From IMG/VR virus record IMGVR_UViG_3300009164_000068, positions 3,413 to 67,412 of that record: a stretch of DNA of 64,000 bases; one strand, given 5' to 3'. Under the pieces are notes generated by a model. It saw only the letters and a list, made by a program, of their open reading frames with translations. It searched no databases and had not been told where the DNA came from. Source of the DNA: a virus. Position 1 is the first letter of the stretch; each line of letters begins with the position of its first letter. Position numbers and translations under genes: made by a program. This document shows, in pieces, positions 8,193 to 20,600 of the stretch.

Positions 8193-11100
8193 ATGTCAGC
8201 AACAGATAGACAAAATAGACTGTTAGTCGCGGAAGACTGGAAACGTATATACCAAAGTTTCCGTAACGCAGATTTCCAAAGTTACGACTTTGAAAACTTA
8301 CGCCGCGTAATGATCAACTATATTAGGGAAAATTACCCTGAAGATTTTAACGATTATGTTGAAAGTAGCGAATACCTTGCATTAATTGACCTTATTGCGT
8401 TCTTAGGACAGAGTATTGCATTCCGTGTTGACCTAAATGCCCGTGAAAACTTCTTAGAATTAGCAGAGCGTCGCGAGAGTGTACTACGTCTTGCTCGATT
8501 ATTAAGCTATAAATCTAAGCGTAACATTGCCGCCAGCGGATTATTAAAATTTACCACAGTTAGCTCAACACAAAACGTGTATGACAGCAACGGACGCAAT
8601 TTATCCGGCCAAGTAATCAGCTGGAACGACCCGGCTAATGCCAATTGGTATGATCAATTCATTAAAATTTTAAACGCCGCTCTGCCCGCTACTCGACAGT
8701 TTGGTAATCCCGACGACAAAGGATCCGTATACGGAATCCCTACAGAACAGTACCGCTTTCAAAGCGCAAATACCGATGTTCCAGTATATGCATTTAACAA
8801 AACAGTTGACGGCAGATCAATGAATTTTGAAATTGTATCTACTACATTTAGCGGTGGCGACAAAATATACGAAGAACCTCCTTCTATAGGCAACAGCCTT
8901 GCGTTTTTATATAGAGATGACGGCAAAGGTAGAGGTAGTTCTAATACAGGATTCTTTTTACGATTTACACAAGGTACGTTGAACCAAGGTAGCTTTACAT
9001 TAGCACAACCTGCAACAGACGAAACAGTAGATCTTGATGCAGTTAACATTAACAATGATGATGTTTGGTTATATAGACTCGATAATAATGCAATTGAAAG
9101 CGAATACTGGGCGCAAGTTCCAAGTTTTGAAGGTAACAATATTATCTATAATAGTTTAAACAAGAGCATTAGAAACATTTATGGAGTTGTTACCAGAGCC
9201 AACGATAGAGTTAGTCTTGTATTCAGCGATGGCACATTTGGTAACTTACCACAAGGTACATTTAGAGTTTACTATAGAATTAGTAACGGATTAAGTTATA
9301 CAATAAATTCGAAAGATGTTAAGAATGTATCTATAGATATTCCCTACATTTCAAATGTTGGACAAACTGAAACACTTACTGTTACTTTAAGTTTACAAAG
9401 CTCTGTAGCAAATTCATCTCCTACAGAAACTAACGACAGTATTAAAGCTCGAGCCCCTGCAACCTATTATACTCAAAATCGAATGATTACAGGCGAGGAT
9501 TATAATATTAGTCCGTTAAGTGTAAGTCAACAGGTTGTTAAAGTTAAAGCAGTTAATAGAACTGCCAGCGGCATCAGTCGTTACTTTGATTTAGTAGACC
9601 CTACAGGCAAGTATTCTAAAACTAATTTGTTTGCTGACGATGGTGCCCTGTACAAACAAGAATACACTGATAGTTTTAGATTTAGTTACCTAACACGTAC
9701 AGACATTGAAGCTGTCATTTACAATGATTTATTTGATGTGCTCAAGTCTTCAAATCTTAAGAATTTCTATTATGCAAATTTTGAAAGAACTCCAACAACA
9801 TTCTTAAACATTGAGTGGTTCAATCGAACTATCGATACTAATCAAAGTACTGGGTACATCAAAGATAATGTTACTGAGACTATTCAGCAAGTTGGATCAT
9901 ATACAGGGACGTTATTACGATTCTTTACTGTTGGTGCATTAGTTAAATTTGCAGCTCCTACAGGCTATTATTTTGACAAAGCAAATAACAATAAACTTAC
10001 ATTAGGTACTGCTACGTCCCTAAATTCATCAACAGTACTGTGGGCAAAAGTAGTCAGCATTGCGGGCGATGGAACTAACAACGGCACAGGACAGTTGCTT
10101 GACGGGTCGGGACCGATTGTATTAAATGATATTATTCCTGATGCAGTGACAGTTCTTACAGAAACATTTGCTCCATCGATTACGGAAATTATTCCTACTT
10201 GGAGAACAACAATAGATTCGTCAACGGTTACTGCAATAGTTGACTTAGTGTTTGGAAATAAACCATTTGGCCTACGCTACGATACAGAAACCCGCACTTG
10301 GAAAATCATTACAGAAAACAATTTAAATACTTCGGAAGTGTTTAGTCTTGGACGTCAGGGCGATGTAAGTAATCAAAAGGTTGACTCCAGCTGGTTAGTG
10401 TTATTCACTACGGATACTGAATTTTATACTGTAACATCTCGATTGGTGCGTTACATATTTGAAAGCGAGCAACAGGTAAGATTTTTCTTTGACTCAAGCG
10501 ATAAGATATATGATACCAGAAACAACACAGTAGTCAAAGATGTTATACGAGTACTTGGTATAAATCATAAACCGGATTCAACTTCATCATTTACCTATGA
10601 TAGAGATTGGGAAATTACTGAAGAATTTAAAGGCCTTGACGGATATGTTGATAGCAAAAAGATTCAGTTAGCATTTAACGACAGTGACGATGATGGCGTA
10701 GTAGATAATCCTGATTTGTTTGAAGAAATTGTTGCACCTGATGTTAGTCCATTAGACAAATATGTTGTAATGGAAAAATATTCTATTGCCCAAGGCCAAG
10801 AAGATTACAGATTTGTTTCTAATGACAACAATACAACTTACGGGCTAATTGAAATATTAGAATCACAACAGCCAGTTAATATTAACAATTATGCAGACGG
10901 CCAATATTTTTATTTTACAAATACTAAAACTGTAAAACGTCTTGATAAAGTTGCATCAGAATTTATTCCTACGCTTGATTACAGAGTATATGTTGGTAGA
11001 GACAACATTAAATTTCAATACATTCATAACGCAGACTACGAATCAAGAATTGATCCGGGATTGACAAACGTTATTGATATTTTTGTACTAACTAAGCCTT

Positions 11101-11678
11101 ACGATATTGCTTATAGACAGTGGCTTAACGGATCATTAACTACACAACCGTTGCCACCAAGCAGCGACGAGTTATACAATTTGTTAAGTCCAGACCTCAG
11201 TAAAATTAAATCAATTAGCGATGAAATAATTTATCATCCTGTAAAATATAAAGTACTGTTTGGAAGTAGAGCAAGTTCAGATGTACAAGCAACTTTTAAA
11301 GTTGTAAAAAACACAGAAGTTGTGATTAGCGATAACGATATTAAAACACGAGTATTAGTTGCAATTTTAGAATTCTTTGCATTGGAAAATTGGGAATTTG
11401 GAGACAATTTCTACTTTAGTGAATTGTCAGCTTATGTGATGAATAAGCTAAGTCCTAATATTGTAAACTTTGTTATAGTTCCTAAACAAAGCGAATTGAG
11501 TTTTGGTAGTCTGTACGAAATTCGATCAGAAAGTGATCAGTTGTTTATTAACGGTGCAACTATCGACGACATAGAAATTATTTCTACTATTACAGCAAGT
11601 AAAATTAAGAGTGCTGTAATTGTAGCTAACCAGGCAGCAGTAAGTCAGCAGTCAATTACCAGCTCCGGGAGCATTTAA
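8193..11678 (+). CDS. gp6: Baseplate wedge subunit gp6-like, 1161 aa
   Basis: DFENLR, FLELAERRESVLRLA, F.DGTFGNLP and ETNDSIKARAP..Y.TQNRMIT.EDY motifs of gp6/baseplate J proteins. Confidence 0.82.
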   Translation: MSATDRQNRLLVAEDWKRIYQSFRNADFQSYDFENLRRVMINYIRENYPEDFNDYVESSEYLALIDLIAFLGQSIAFRVDLNARENFLELAERRESVLRLARLLSYKSKRNIAASGLLKFTTVSSTQNVYDSNGRNLSGQVISWNDPANANWYDQFIKILNAALPATRQFGNPDDKGSVYGIPTEQYRFQSANTDVPVYAFNKTVDGRSMNFEIVSTTFSGGDKIYEEPPSIGNSLAFLYRDDGKGRGSSNTGFFLRFTQGTLNQGSFTLAQPATDETVDLDAVNINNDDVWLYRLDNNAIESEYWAQVPSFEGNNIIYNSLNKSIRNIYGVVTRANDRVSLVFSDGTFGNLPQGTFRVYYRISNGLSYTINSKDVKNVSIDIPYISNVGQTETLTVTLSLQSSVANSSPTETNDSIKARAPATYYTQNRMITGEDYNISPLSVSQQVVKVKAVNRTASGISRYFDLVDPTGKYSKTNLFADDGALYKQEYTDSFRFSYLTRTDIEAVIYNDLFDVLKSSNLKNFYYANFERTPTTFLNIEWFNRTIDTNQSTGYIKDNVTETIQQVGSYTGTLLRFFTVGALVKFAAPTGYYFDKANNNKLTLGTATSLNSSTVLWAKVVSIAGDGTNNGTGQLLDGSGPIVLNDIIPDAVTVLTETFAPSITEIIPTWRTTIDSSTVTAIVDLVFGNKPFGLRYDTETRTWKIITENNLNTSEVFSLGRQGDVSNQKVDSSWLVLFTTDTEFYTVTSRLVRYIFESEQQVRFFFDSSDKIYDTRNNTVVKDVIRVLGINHKPDSTSSFTYDRDWEITEEFKGLDGYVDSKKIQLAFNDSDDDGVVDNPDLFEEIVAPDVSPLDKYVVMEKYSIAQGQEDYRFVSNDNNTTYGLIEILESQQPVNINNYADGQYFYFTNTKTVKRLDKVASEFIPTLDYRVYVGRDNIKFQYIHNADYESRIDPGLTNVIDIFVLTKPYDIAYRQWLNGSLTTQPLPPSSDELYNLLSPDLSKIKSISDEIIYHPVKYKVLFGSRASSDVQATFKVVKNTEVVISDNDIKTRVLVAILEFFALENWEFGDNFYFSELSAYVMNKLSPNIVNFVIVPKQSELSFGSLYEIRSESDQLFINGATIDDIEIISTITASKIKSAVIVANQAAVSQQSITSSGSI

Positions 11679-14600
11679 TGGCATATAACAAAGATCAAAA
11701 CGAGCCCAAAGTACCTGTTTCAAATGTGGAAAAACGAACATCGTCTGACCTACTTCCAAGATTTTATAGAACAAAAGGTAATAAAAAGTTTCTACAGGCT
11801 ACCCTTGATCAGTTGATCCAACCTGGTACTGTTAAAAAAATAAACGGATACATTGGTAGAGAAACTGCAAAAGCTGTTAAGAGTTCGGATATATTTTTAC
11901 AAGCCGCGGATACCACACGACAAAATTATCAACTTGAGCCAGCAGCAGTTATACAAGATTATCTTGGCAACACTACTTTCTTTAAGGATTACATTGACCA
12001 CATTAATCACATTGGAGTGTTTGATGGAGTTAACACTAACCATAGTAGATTAAACAAACAAGAATTCTACAGTTGGAATCCTCATATCGCCTGGGATAAA
12101 TTTGTTAATTACCAACAATACTATTGGCTACCATTTGGTCCAGACCCTATAGAAGTACTGGGAAATCAACTTGAAATACAAAGTACCTACACAGTAAAAG
12201 GTGTAGACGAGGAAGATAATGTTGCATATTTGTTCACACCTAACGGACTAACTCGTAATCCTACACTGAGATTATTTAGAGGCCAGACTTATACATTTGA
12301 CATCGATGCAGAAGGCCACCCGTTCAGTATTAAAACACAACGAACATCGGGCAATCTTAATCGATACACTTACGGAGTAGATAAGTTTGCTGTGGAAAAA
12401 GGCACTATTACTTTTACAGTTCCTGTTAATGCGCCTGATGTATTGTTTTATGTAAGTGAAAATGCAGTAGACACAGGCGGCGTATTTCATGTACTTGACA
12501 TTGACGAAAATACATCTATTGATCTAACACAAGATTTTCTTGGTAAGAAGGATTACATTATTCCTAATGGTACCAGCAAAGGATTACGTATCAGTAACGG
12601 TATGAAATTAAGTTTTGGTGGTCAAGTTACTCCTGAAAAGTACGGAACAAATTTTTGGTATGTTGAAGGAGTAGGTACTGCTATTAGATTAGTTGCCGAC
12701 AGAGATCTCGAAGTTAAAACTTCGTATAATGTTGAAACAAATATTTTATTTGATGATACCCCGTTTGACCAACTGCCATTTGGTGATGCATCTACACTAC
12801 CCAGTACAAAAGATTATATAACTATTAATCGTGCAAGTCCTGACTTAAACCCATGGAGTCGTTACAACAGGTGGTTCCATCAAGATGTAGTTGTAGCATC
12901 AGCTTTAGCCAATGGGCAAGTTGCAGATTTAGATCAAACGTTTCGTGCGACCCGTCCTATTATAGAATTTGATGCAGGTATCAAATTATACAATTACGGA
13001 TTAGTTTCTAAACAGGCAGTTGATGTAATTGATAATTTTACTACTGATGTTTTTAGTACAATTGAAGGTAGCCTGGGGTATAATGTTGACGGTATTGACC
13101 TTGCTACTGGTATGCGTATATTATTTACGGCCGACTTAGACAGCAAAGTTAAAGACAAAATATTTAAAGTTAACTTTATTGATGTAACACCGCCAGCCAG
13201 ACAGATTTCTTTTATCCCCGAATTTGTAGTTGATGTTAATACCAATATCTTTACGTTTCCAACTGAACACGGATTACCTAATTACGCAAGAGTAACTTAC
13301 CTTGTTAATGGCAACGACCCAATGTCCGGGTTGACTAATAGACAAGTCTATTATGTAAAAGTTTTAAATACTTTTGCAATAGAGTTACACACTACTCCGC
13401 AACTTAATAAGCAAGCTGATATTTTTACAATTACTTCTGGTACTCACAAACTTGAAGTGTACATTGGCAAACGTAGACAAATCTATCTTGAAGAAGCGGT
13501 TGATTCTTCACCTATATTATATGAAACAGTTGCAGTCAATTACGGTACAGCCGACACAGTAACAGCTGACATTAAAGGTAATCAAGGACAAACTTACTGG
13601 TATAACGGAACAACTTGGAAGTTAGCCCAACTAAAAACAGCCGTAAACCAACCTCCGTTATTCGATGTATTTGATAGCAACGAAATTAGTTACAGTGATA
13701 ACACTGTCTATGACGGCTCTACGTTTACCGGAACTAAGATCTTTAGTTATAAAGTGGGTCTCGGCACAGCCGATCCTACATTAAAGTTTCCGCTGACCTA
13801 TCAAAATATTAATAACATTGGCGATATTGTATTTGAATTTAATTTGTTAACAGACTCGTTTGCTTATAAAAATGTCACTGACGTTCTATATAAAAATACA
13901 GACGTAGGTTATTTAAAAGTCAGTATTGACTTTGAACAAGTGTCTTTTGAAAATGCATGGACTACTTCATTAATTGTTGATGCCCAGCCAGTTGTTAGAG
14001 TTTTTAAAGAAAGCAATTTAACTAATAATTTTCCAATTGATGTATATGATGATAAGAATGATCTTGCCGACCTCGAAGTTAGAGTTTATATAAATGGCAA
14101 GCGCCTTGCTAAGAATTTATATACAATTGTTGATGCTGTCATTCGTAAAATTGTTAATCTTAACACTGACGTTGCACTTACTGATGTAGTAACATTACGT
14201 TGTTTTGCTAAACAGGCTAAAAATAATAACGGCTACTATGAAATACCAGGAAGTTTACAAAACAATCCGCTAAACAATAATGTTGAAAAGTTTACTCTTG
14301 GCGAAGTAATTGATCACGTTGATAGTATTATCGATAACATTTCTACATTTGCTGGTGCTTATCCAGGTAACGGAAATTTAAGAGACCTCGGTAATCTTGC
14401 AGCATACGGAACACGATTTGTACAACATAGTGGCCCAATAAATTTGAGCTTATATCATCTTGGTAATAAATCTGCTAATATAATCAAAGCACTTGATCAA
14501 GCACGAAATGACTACGGCAAGTTTAAAAGATCATTTATTATTGCCGCAACTGACAGCGGCATAGATACCGATGCTCGTCGACATGTAGACTTTGTACTTC

Positions 14601-17600
14601 AACAGGTTAATAAAGATAGACCTAAAACAAGTCCGTATTTCTTAACTGACATGTTTGGGTATACTGCGTCTAACAGAATTGAATATACAGTATTAGATGC
14701 CCGTATCAAAACGTATCCATTAACTAATAAATTTAATCTTACCACATTGTCAAACAAGAGTGTTAACATTTATCTAAACGGTGAACAATTAATTCACGGC
14801 AGAGATTATCAGTTTGGTGACGATGTATTCTTTGAATTATTAATTGATATTTCTGAAGACGATCTTATTGAAGCATATGAATATGAAACTACTGATGGAT
14901 GTTTCTGTCCAGCAACACCAAGCAAGTTAGGGTTGTATCCTAAGTTTGAACCTAAGAAATATATTGACGATACTTATGTTGAACCAACAGAAGTTATTCA
15001 AGGACATGACGGCAGTATAACTGTAGCGTTCGGTGATTACCGCGATGACTTGATCCTTGAATTAGAAACACGTATCTTTAATAATATTAAAGTTAACTAC
15101 GATTCAACTATTTTTGATATATGGGAATACGTTCCTGGTTATAATAGAGATACTGCCTACACCAGAGAAGAATTTGATAAAATTTTATCAAAATATTTCT
15201 TTCAATGGACGTCAAACATACAGCAAGACTATACTAAGCATATCGGTTACGATCAAACAAATACATTTACCTATAATTATAGAGGCAACTACTCTCCGGC
15301 ACAAGAAGATGTACCGGCAGCATGGAGAGGAATTTATAAATGGTATTTTGACACAGACCGTCCACATACTAATCCGTGGGAGTGTATTGGCTATTCTATT
15401 GAACCAAGATGGTGGCAAGAAGTCTACGGCCCAGCCCCTTATACCAGCGACAATTTAATTTTATGGGATGACATTAAACAAGGTATTGTTAGAGAGCCTG
15501 GTGTTCCTATCCGTCGATTAGCAAAGTTTGCTAAACCCATTTTAAATTCAGGACTACCTGTAAACGATCAAGGTGTACTACTAAGCCCGTTAGATGCAGG
15601 TCTTGTACAAGGTTTCATACGCCTCAATGACGGCGGCTATTTTGTGTTTGGAGATCAATCTACAGTTGAATCAGCATGGCGCAGATCAAGTTATTTGCCT
15701 TTTGCGTTAATAACGACATGCCTGTTAATGCAGCCTAATGCTGTGTTAGGCAGATGCTTAGATCGAAGTCGAGTTATTAGAAATAAAAATAGTCAATTAA
15801 TTTATTCTAACACTGGTTTACGTATTAGATTACAAGATATTTTAATTCCGTCAACCGCAAATAGAAATAACAATACTCGCACTTATACGTCTGGATTAAT
15901 TAATTACATTGTTGATTATTTGTCAAGCGAAAACACTGCTCAAATTGACGCATATGCTTCAGATCTGCAACTGCTAACAAATAAAATTGCTACTAAACTT
16001 GGAGCCTTTACGAGTCAAGCAAAGTATAAAATACTATTAGACAGCAAAAATCCCTCCAGCACAGGTGGTGTATTTGTTCCGGAAGAAAACTATTTTGTTG
16101 ATCTTAATGTATCAAGCGCAATCCGTAAAGTAATTTACAGCGGTGTAATGATTACAAAATTTGCTGACGGTTTTGAACTTCGTGGTTATAACTTTGACAA
16201 TCCGTATTTTACGTACTATGGTTATAGACAAGATAACCGTGTAATTAATGTTGGCGGAATAAGTGAAAGTTATATTAATTGGAACAGCAGTCAGTTATAT
16301 ACTGCTGGTAAATTAGTTAAAGCCAACAATCAATATTATAGAGTTAAATCAACTCATACCACTGGCGAAGTTTTTGATGATCAGTATTATGTAAGATTAG
16401 CAGAATTGCCAGTAACCGGTGGACGAGAAGCAATTATAAGAAAGTCGTTTGATTCATCAGACGTACAAACTATTGCTTACGGAACTAAGCTAACAACTAT
16501 TCAAGAGGTTGCAGATGTATTGCAAGGGTATGGCGCTTACCTTGAAGATCAGGGATTTGTATTTGATGACTTCAACAACGAAATGGGAGTTATTACAAAC
16601 TGGGAAACATCAGTTAAAGAATTTATGTTCTGGTCAACACAGAACTGGAGTGTTGGTGCAGTAATTAGTCTAAGCCCAAGTGCTGATAAATTAATTTTTA
16701 AATCAAATATTTCAGTTGTGGGAGACATTACAGATCCATTCTATAGCTACAGTGTTTATAGAGTTGACGGTCAAAAACTTGATCCAGAATTTATTTCTAC
16801 ATATAGAAACGATGGTGTGTTCACAATAGAACCTGAAAACACAAACTATGGCATTTTTGGAATTACACTATACCTATTACAAAAAGAGCATATTGTAGTC
16901 CTTGATAATACTACATTGTTTAATGACACTATCTATGATCAAGAAGCAGGGTACCGTCAAGAACGAATTAAAGTAATAGGATATACAACCAGTAACTGGA
17001 AGGGAAGTTTTGAAATTCCAGGATTTATCTATGACCAAGCAATAATAAACGCATGGGAGCCATGGACTGATTACAATCTCGGCGATATTGTTAAGCACAA
17101 AGAGTTCTATTATAGTGCTGGCAAGTTTTTAATTGGCACACAAGAGTTTGAAAATGAAAACTGGATCTTATTAGAAGAAAAACCTAAAGCGGCATTGCTG
17201 CCTAACTGGGACTACAAAGCAGAAACATTTACAGACTTTTATGATCTTGACACAGATAACTTTGATGCAGGTCAACAAAAGATCGCACAGCATCTAATAG
17301 GATATCAAAAGCGCCAGTACCTTGAAAATATTATACAGAATGATGTAAGTCAGTATAAGTTCTATCAAGGTATGATTATTGAAAAAGGTACACAAAATGT
17401 ATTGAATAAATTATTTGATGTACTAAGCGCAGACGGCCAAGACAGTTTAACCTTTGATGAAGAATGGGCGTTCCGTGTTGGAGAATATGGTGCAGTAGAC
17501 ACGTTTGATGAAATAGAATTTGTACTTAACGAAAGCCAGTTTAAAATAAATCCTCAGCCAGTTGAGCTTGTTTCAACAATTGATCTAACAATTAATGATT

Positions 17601-20600
17601 TTGTTTATAGACAACGCCCCTCTGATATATACATCAAACCTTTAAATTATACAAATGACATTTGGCCAATAAGCACGGCTACTCCGTATCTAAGAACACC
17701 TGGATATGTAAAATCAGAAGATGTCAAATTAAGTGTAGATAAGTTAGATGATTTATTAACGTATGACATAGCTTCGTTTATTGAAGGTGAATATGTATGG
17801 TGTGCGTTTGAAAATAGATCATGGAATGTTTATAGATTTAGCAAGACAGCATTTAACATTACAAATGTCAGCTATGCTAATTCTGTTGTTACTGTAAGTT
17901 GTAACAAGACATTGACTATTGAGCCTGGAGATATTGTTGGTATAGAAGGCAGCGATAAACTTGCTGGATTTCATAAAGTTGTATCAGTATCTCTTAATAC
18001 ATTTACAGTTTCTAAAAAGATAGAAGGCTGGACACCATTTGCAGATGCTGACACTATCTTATCTTATAGTTTTAATCAGCAGCGTATAGGAAATGTTGAT
18101 GATGCTAACAGCATTATTCCACGTTACATTAAACCAGACGAACTATTCTGGGCCGACGATACAGGCAACGGCACTTGGTCAACTTATAAGAATGCAGGAG
18201 TGTTTAGAAAAGGATCGCTTTTAAATGCTACCCCAACAGCTAATTTAAAATTTGGATCAAGTACCTCAGTAGATCAAACTGGCAATATAGCAGCAGTTGT
18301 GGATCGTGATGGAGTTACTGTTTATGAAAAAGGTAGTTCTGATAACTTATGGAGTTCTACTTATAGATTATTAGTTGACCCAACAATGTCTGCAACTACA
18401 CCACTGTTTGGCTCTACTGTTAAATTTTCCCAAGACGGTAAATGGCTTGCAGTGGCAGCACAAGATGCATTGGGAATTGACTACGGCTATGTGTCAATGT
18501 ATAAGCGAGAGTTAAATGGCTCATATCAATTCCTTAGATTCTTAAAGAGTCCATCACCTGCTGTCAATGAAAAATACGGGTCATCAATTTGTTTTGGAAA
18601 AAAGACTAATCCCGAAGCAGTGTATACTGCATTAACTGGCAGCTACGATAACACAGGCGAAGGCGCCCGATGGACTGTTAGGCGAGTCGGTGCTTTATAT
18701 TCAGTAACTAATTCAGTTAAGGGTGTTTCCTATGCAATTGGTGATACAATTGTAATTAGCGGATCAGAACTTGGTGGCGACTCTCCTGACAACAACTTGA
18801 CAATAACAGTTACAAATGTCAACGCCGCTACCGGCGCAATAGAATCGTTTAACTATACTGGAACAGGATTACCTGATACTTATTTCCTTGCCATTGCTGC
18901 ACAGGGTTATAATGCTAATCAAGGACGAGTATATACATATCAGTATACAGAAAATACTGGGTGGTCACTACTTGGATTTTTACCCACTACTACTATTTCC
19001 GGTGACCAGTTCGGATACGACATTGCTATGTCAGCTACTGGGGGTAAACTTATAGTATCAGCACCAGCTGCGAATCAAGATACTGGCAGCGTATTTGTCT
19101 ACTCGTTTAATTCTGTATTAGATGTTTATCAACCAACACAGACAATTACTGGCTCAATAAATGATGACGCAGAACGATTTGGAGAGAGTATTGCAATTTC
19201 CAACAGCGGAGATTACATAGCAGTTGGCGCACCGTTAATTAATGTAGGCAGTAAGAAAGATGTTGGACAAGTTTTAATTTACAAGAGACCTGCTAATAAT
19301 ACTTCTGCTCTGCATTTGTTGTACCAGACAATTAATAGTCCTCGAAAAGAAGTTAACGAACGATACGGCACTGATATTGAATTTATGAACGGTGAAGATA
19401 CTCTTGTGGTATTTTCTAAGTACGGGGATATTGAAAATATTGCAACGTTAGATTCTGGTGATACTACATTTGATAACAATAGTTTACAATTATTAGACGT
19501 TGAGAGTGATATAGGACGTATTGATATCTTTGATAGATACAATACTAAATTTATCTATGGTGAAAGTTTAAAAAATAGTAGCGTACCATTATCTGGCTAC
19601 GGCAATGAGATTGCTGTAGGATCAAATACTATATTAGTATCTGCAATTAATGAAATTGATACTGGCTCAGTGAATTCTGGCAATGTATATTCCTATGTTA
19701 AAACAGCTAACACCAGCAGTTGGTCAGTATTACACTCTCAAATTGCAAAAGTTGATGTATCAAAAATTAAAAAAGCATTCTTATACAATAAAGTTACAAA
19801 TCAAATTGTCAAATATCTTGATGTAATAGATCCAATACAAGGAGAAATTCCAGGTATTGCAGACCAAGAAGTAAAGTATAAAACTTATTTTGATCCTGCT
19901 GTATATTCTATAGGCACAGACGAAGTTATTGTCGATGACGGAATGAATTGGACATCTAATCAAGTTGGAATGTTATGGTGGGATTTAACAAATGCTAAGT
20001 TTATTGACACACAATCCGGCGATGTAATTTATAGAACGTCGACGTGGAACAGGTTATATGACACTGCTTCAATAGATGTATACGAGTGGGTTGAAACTAC
20101 ACTATTACCGAGCGCATGGAACAAGATTGCAGATACCGAAAATGGGTATGCTAAGGGTGTGAGCGGAACAACTAAGCACGGTGACAATATCTATAGCGTA
20201 AAGAAACGCTACGATTCTATTAGTAAAACATTTAAAGAAACATATTACTATTGGGTAAAGAATAAAAAAATTACTCCAAACATAGAAGGTCGACAGTTGA
20301 GTTCATCAGATGTTGCAAATCTAATATCAGATCCGGTAGGATACGGTTATTCTTGCATTGCGTTTACCAGTACAAATAGTTTTAGTTTAATTAATTGCGA
20401 ACAATACTTGCAAGGCACTGACGTTGTACTAAGTGTACAATATTGGTTATCGGATGTAACTAACAGCAACTTCCATAGCCAGTGGAAACTATTAAGCACT
20501 AATAGAAATACTATTATTCCTACAGCAATAGAAACTAAGTGGTTTCACAGCCTGGTTGGTAAAGATGCAAATGACAGAGTAGTTCCTGACATAAACTTAC

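Noticed and set aside
2323-11678. Bacterial extracellular contractile injection system or T6SS locus
   Set aside because: The flanking gp55/gp47/gp46, thyX and late-promoter motifs indicate a phage tail module; no T6SS membrane complex or Afp-type cluster organisation
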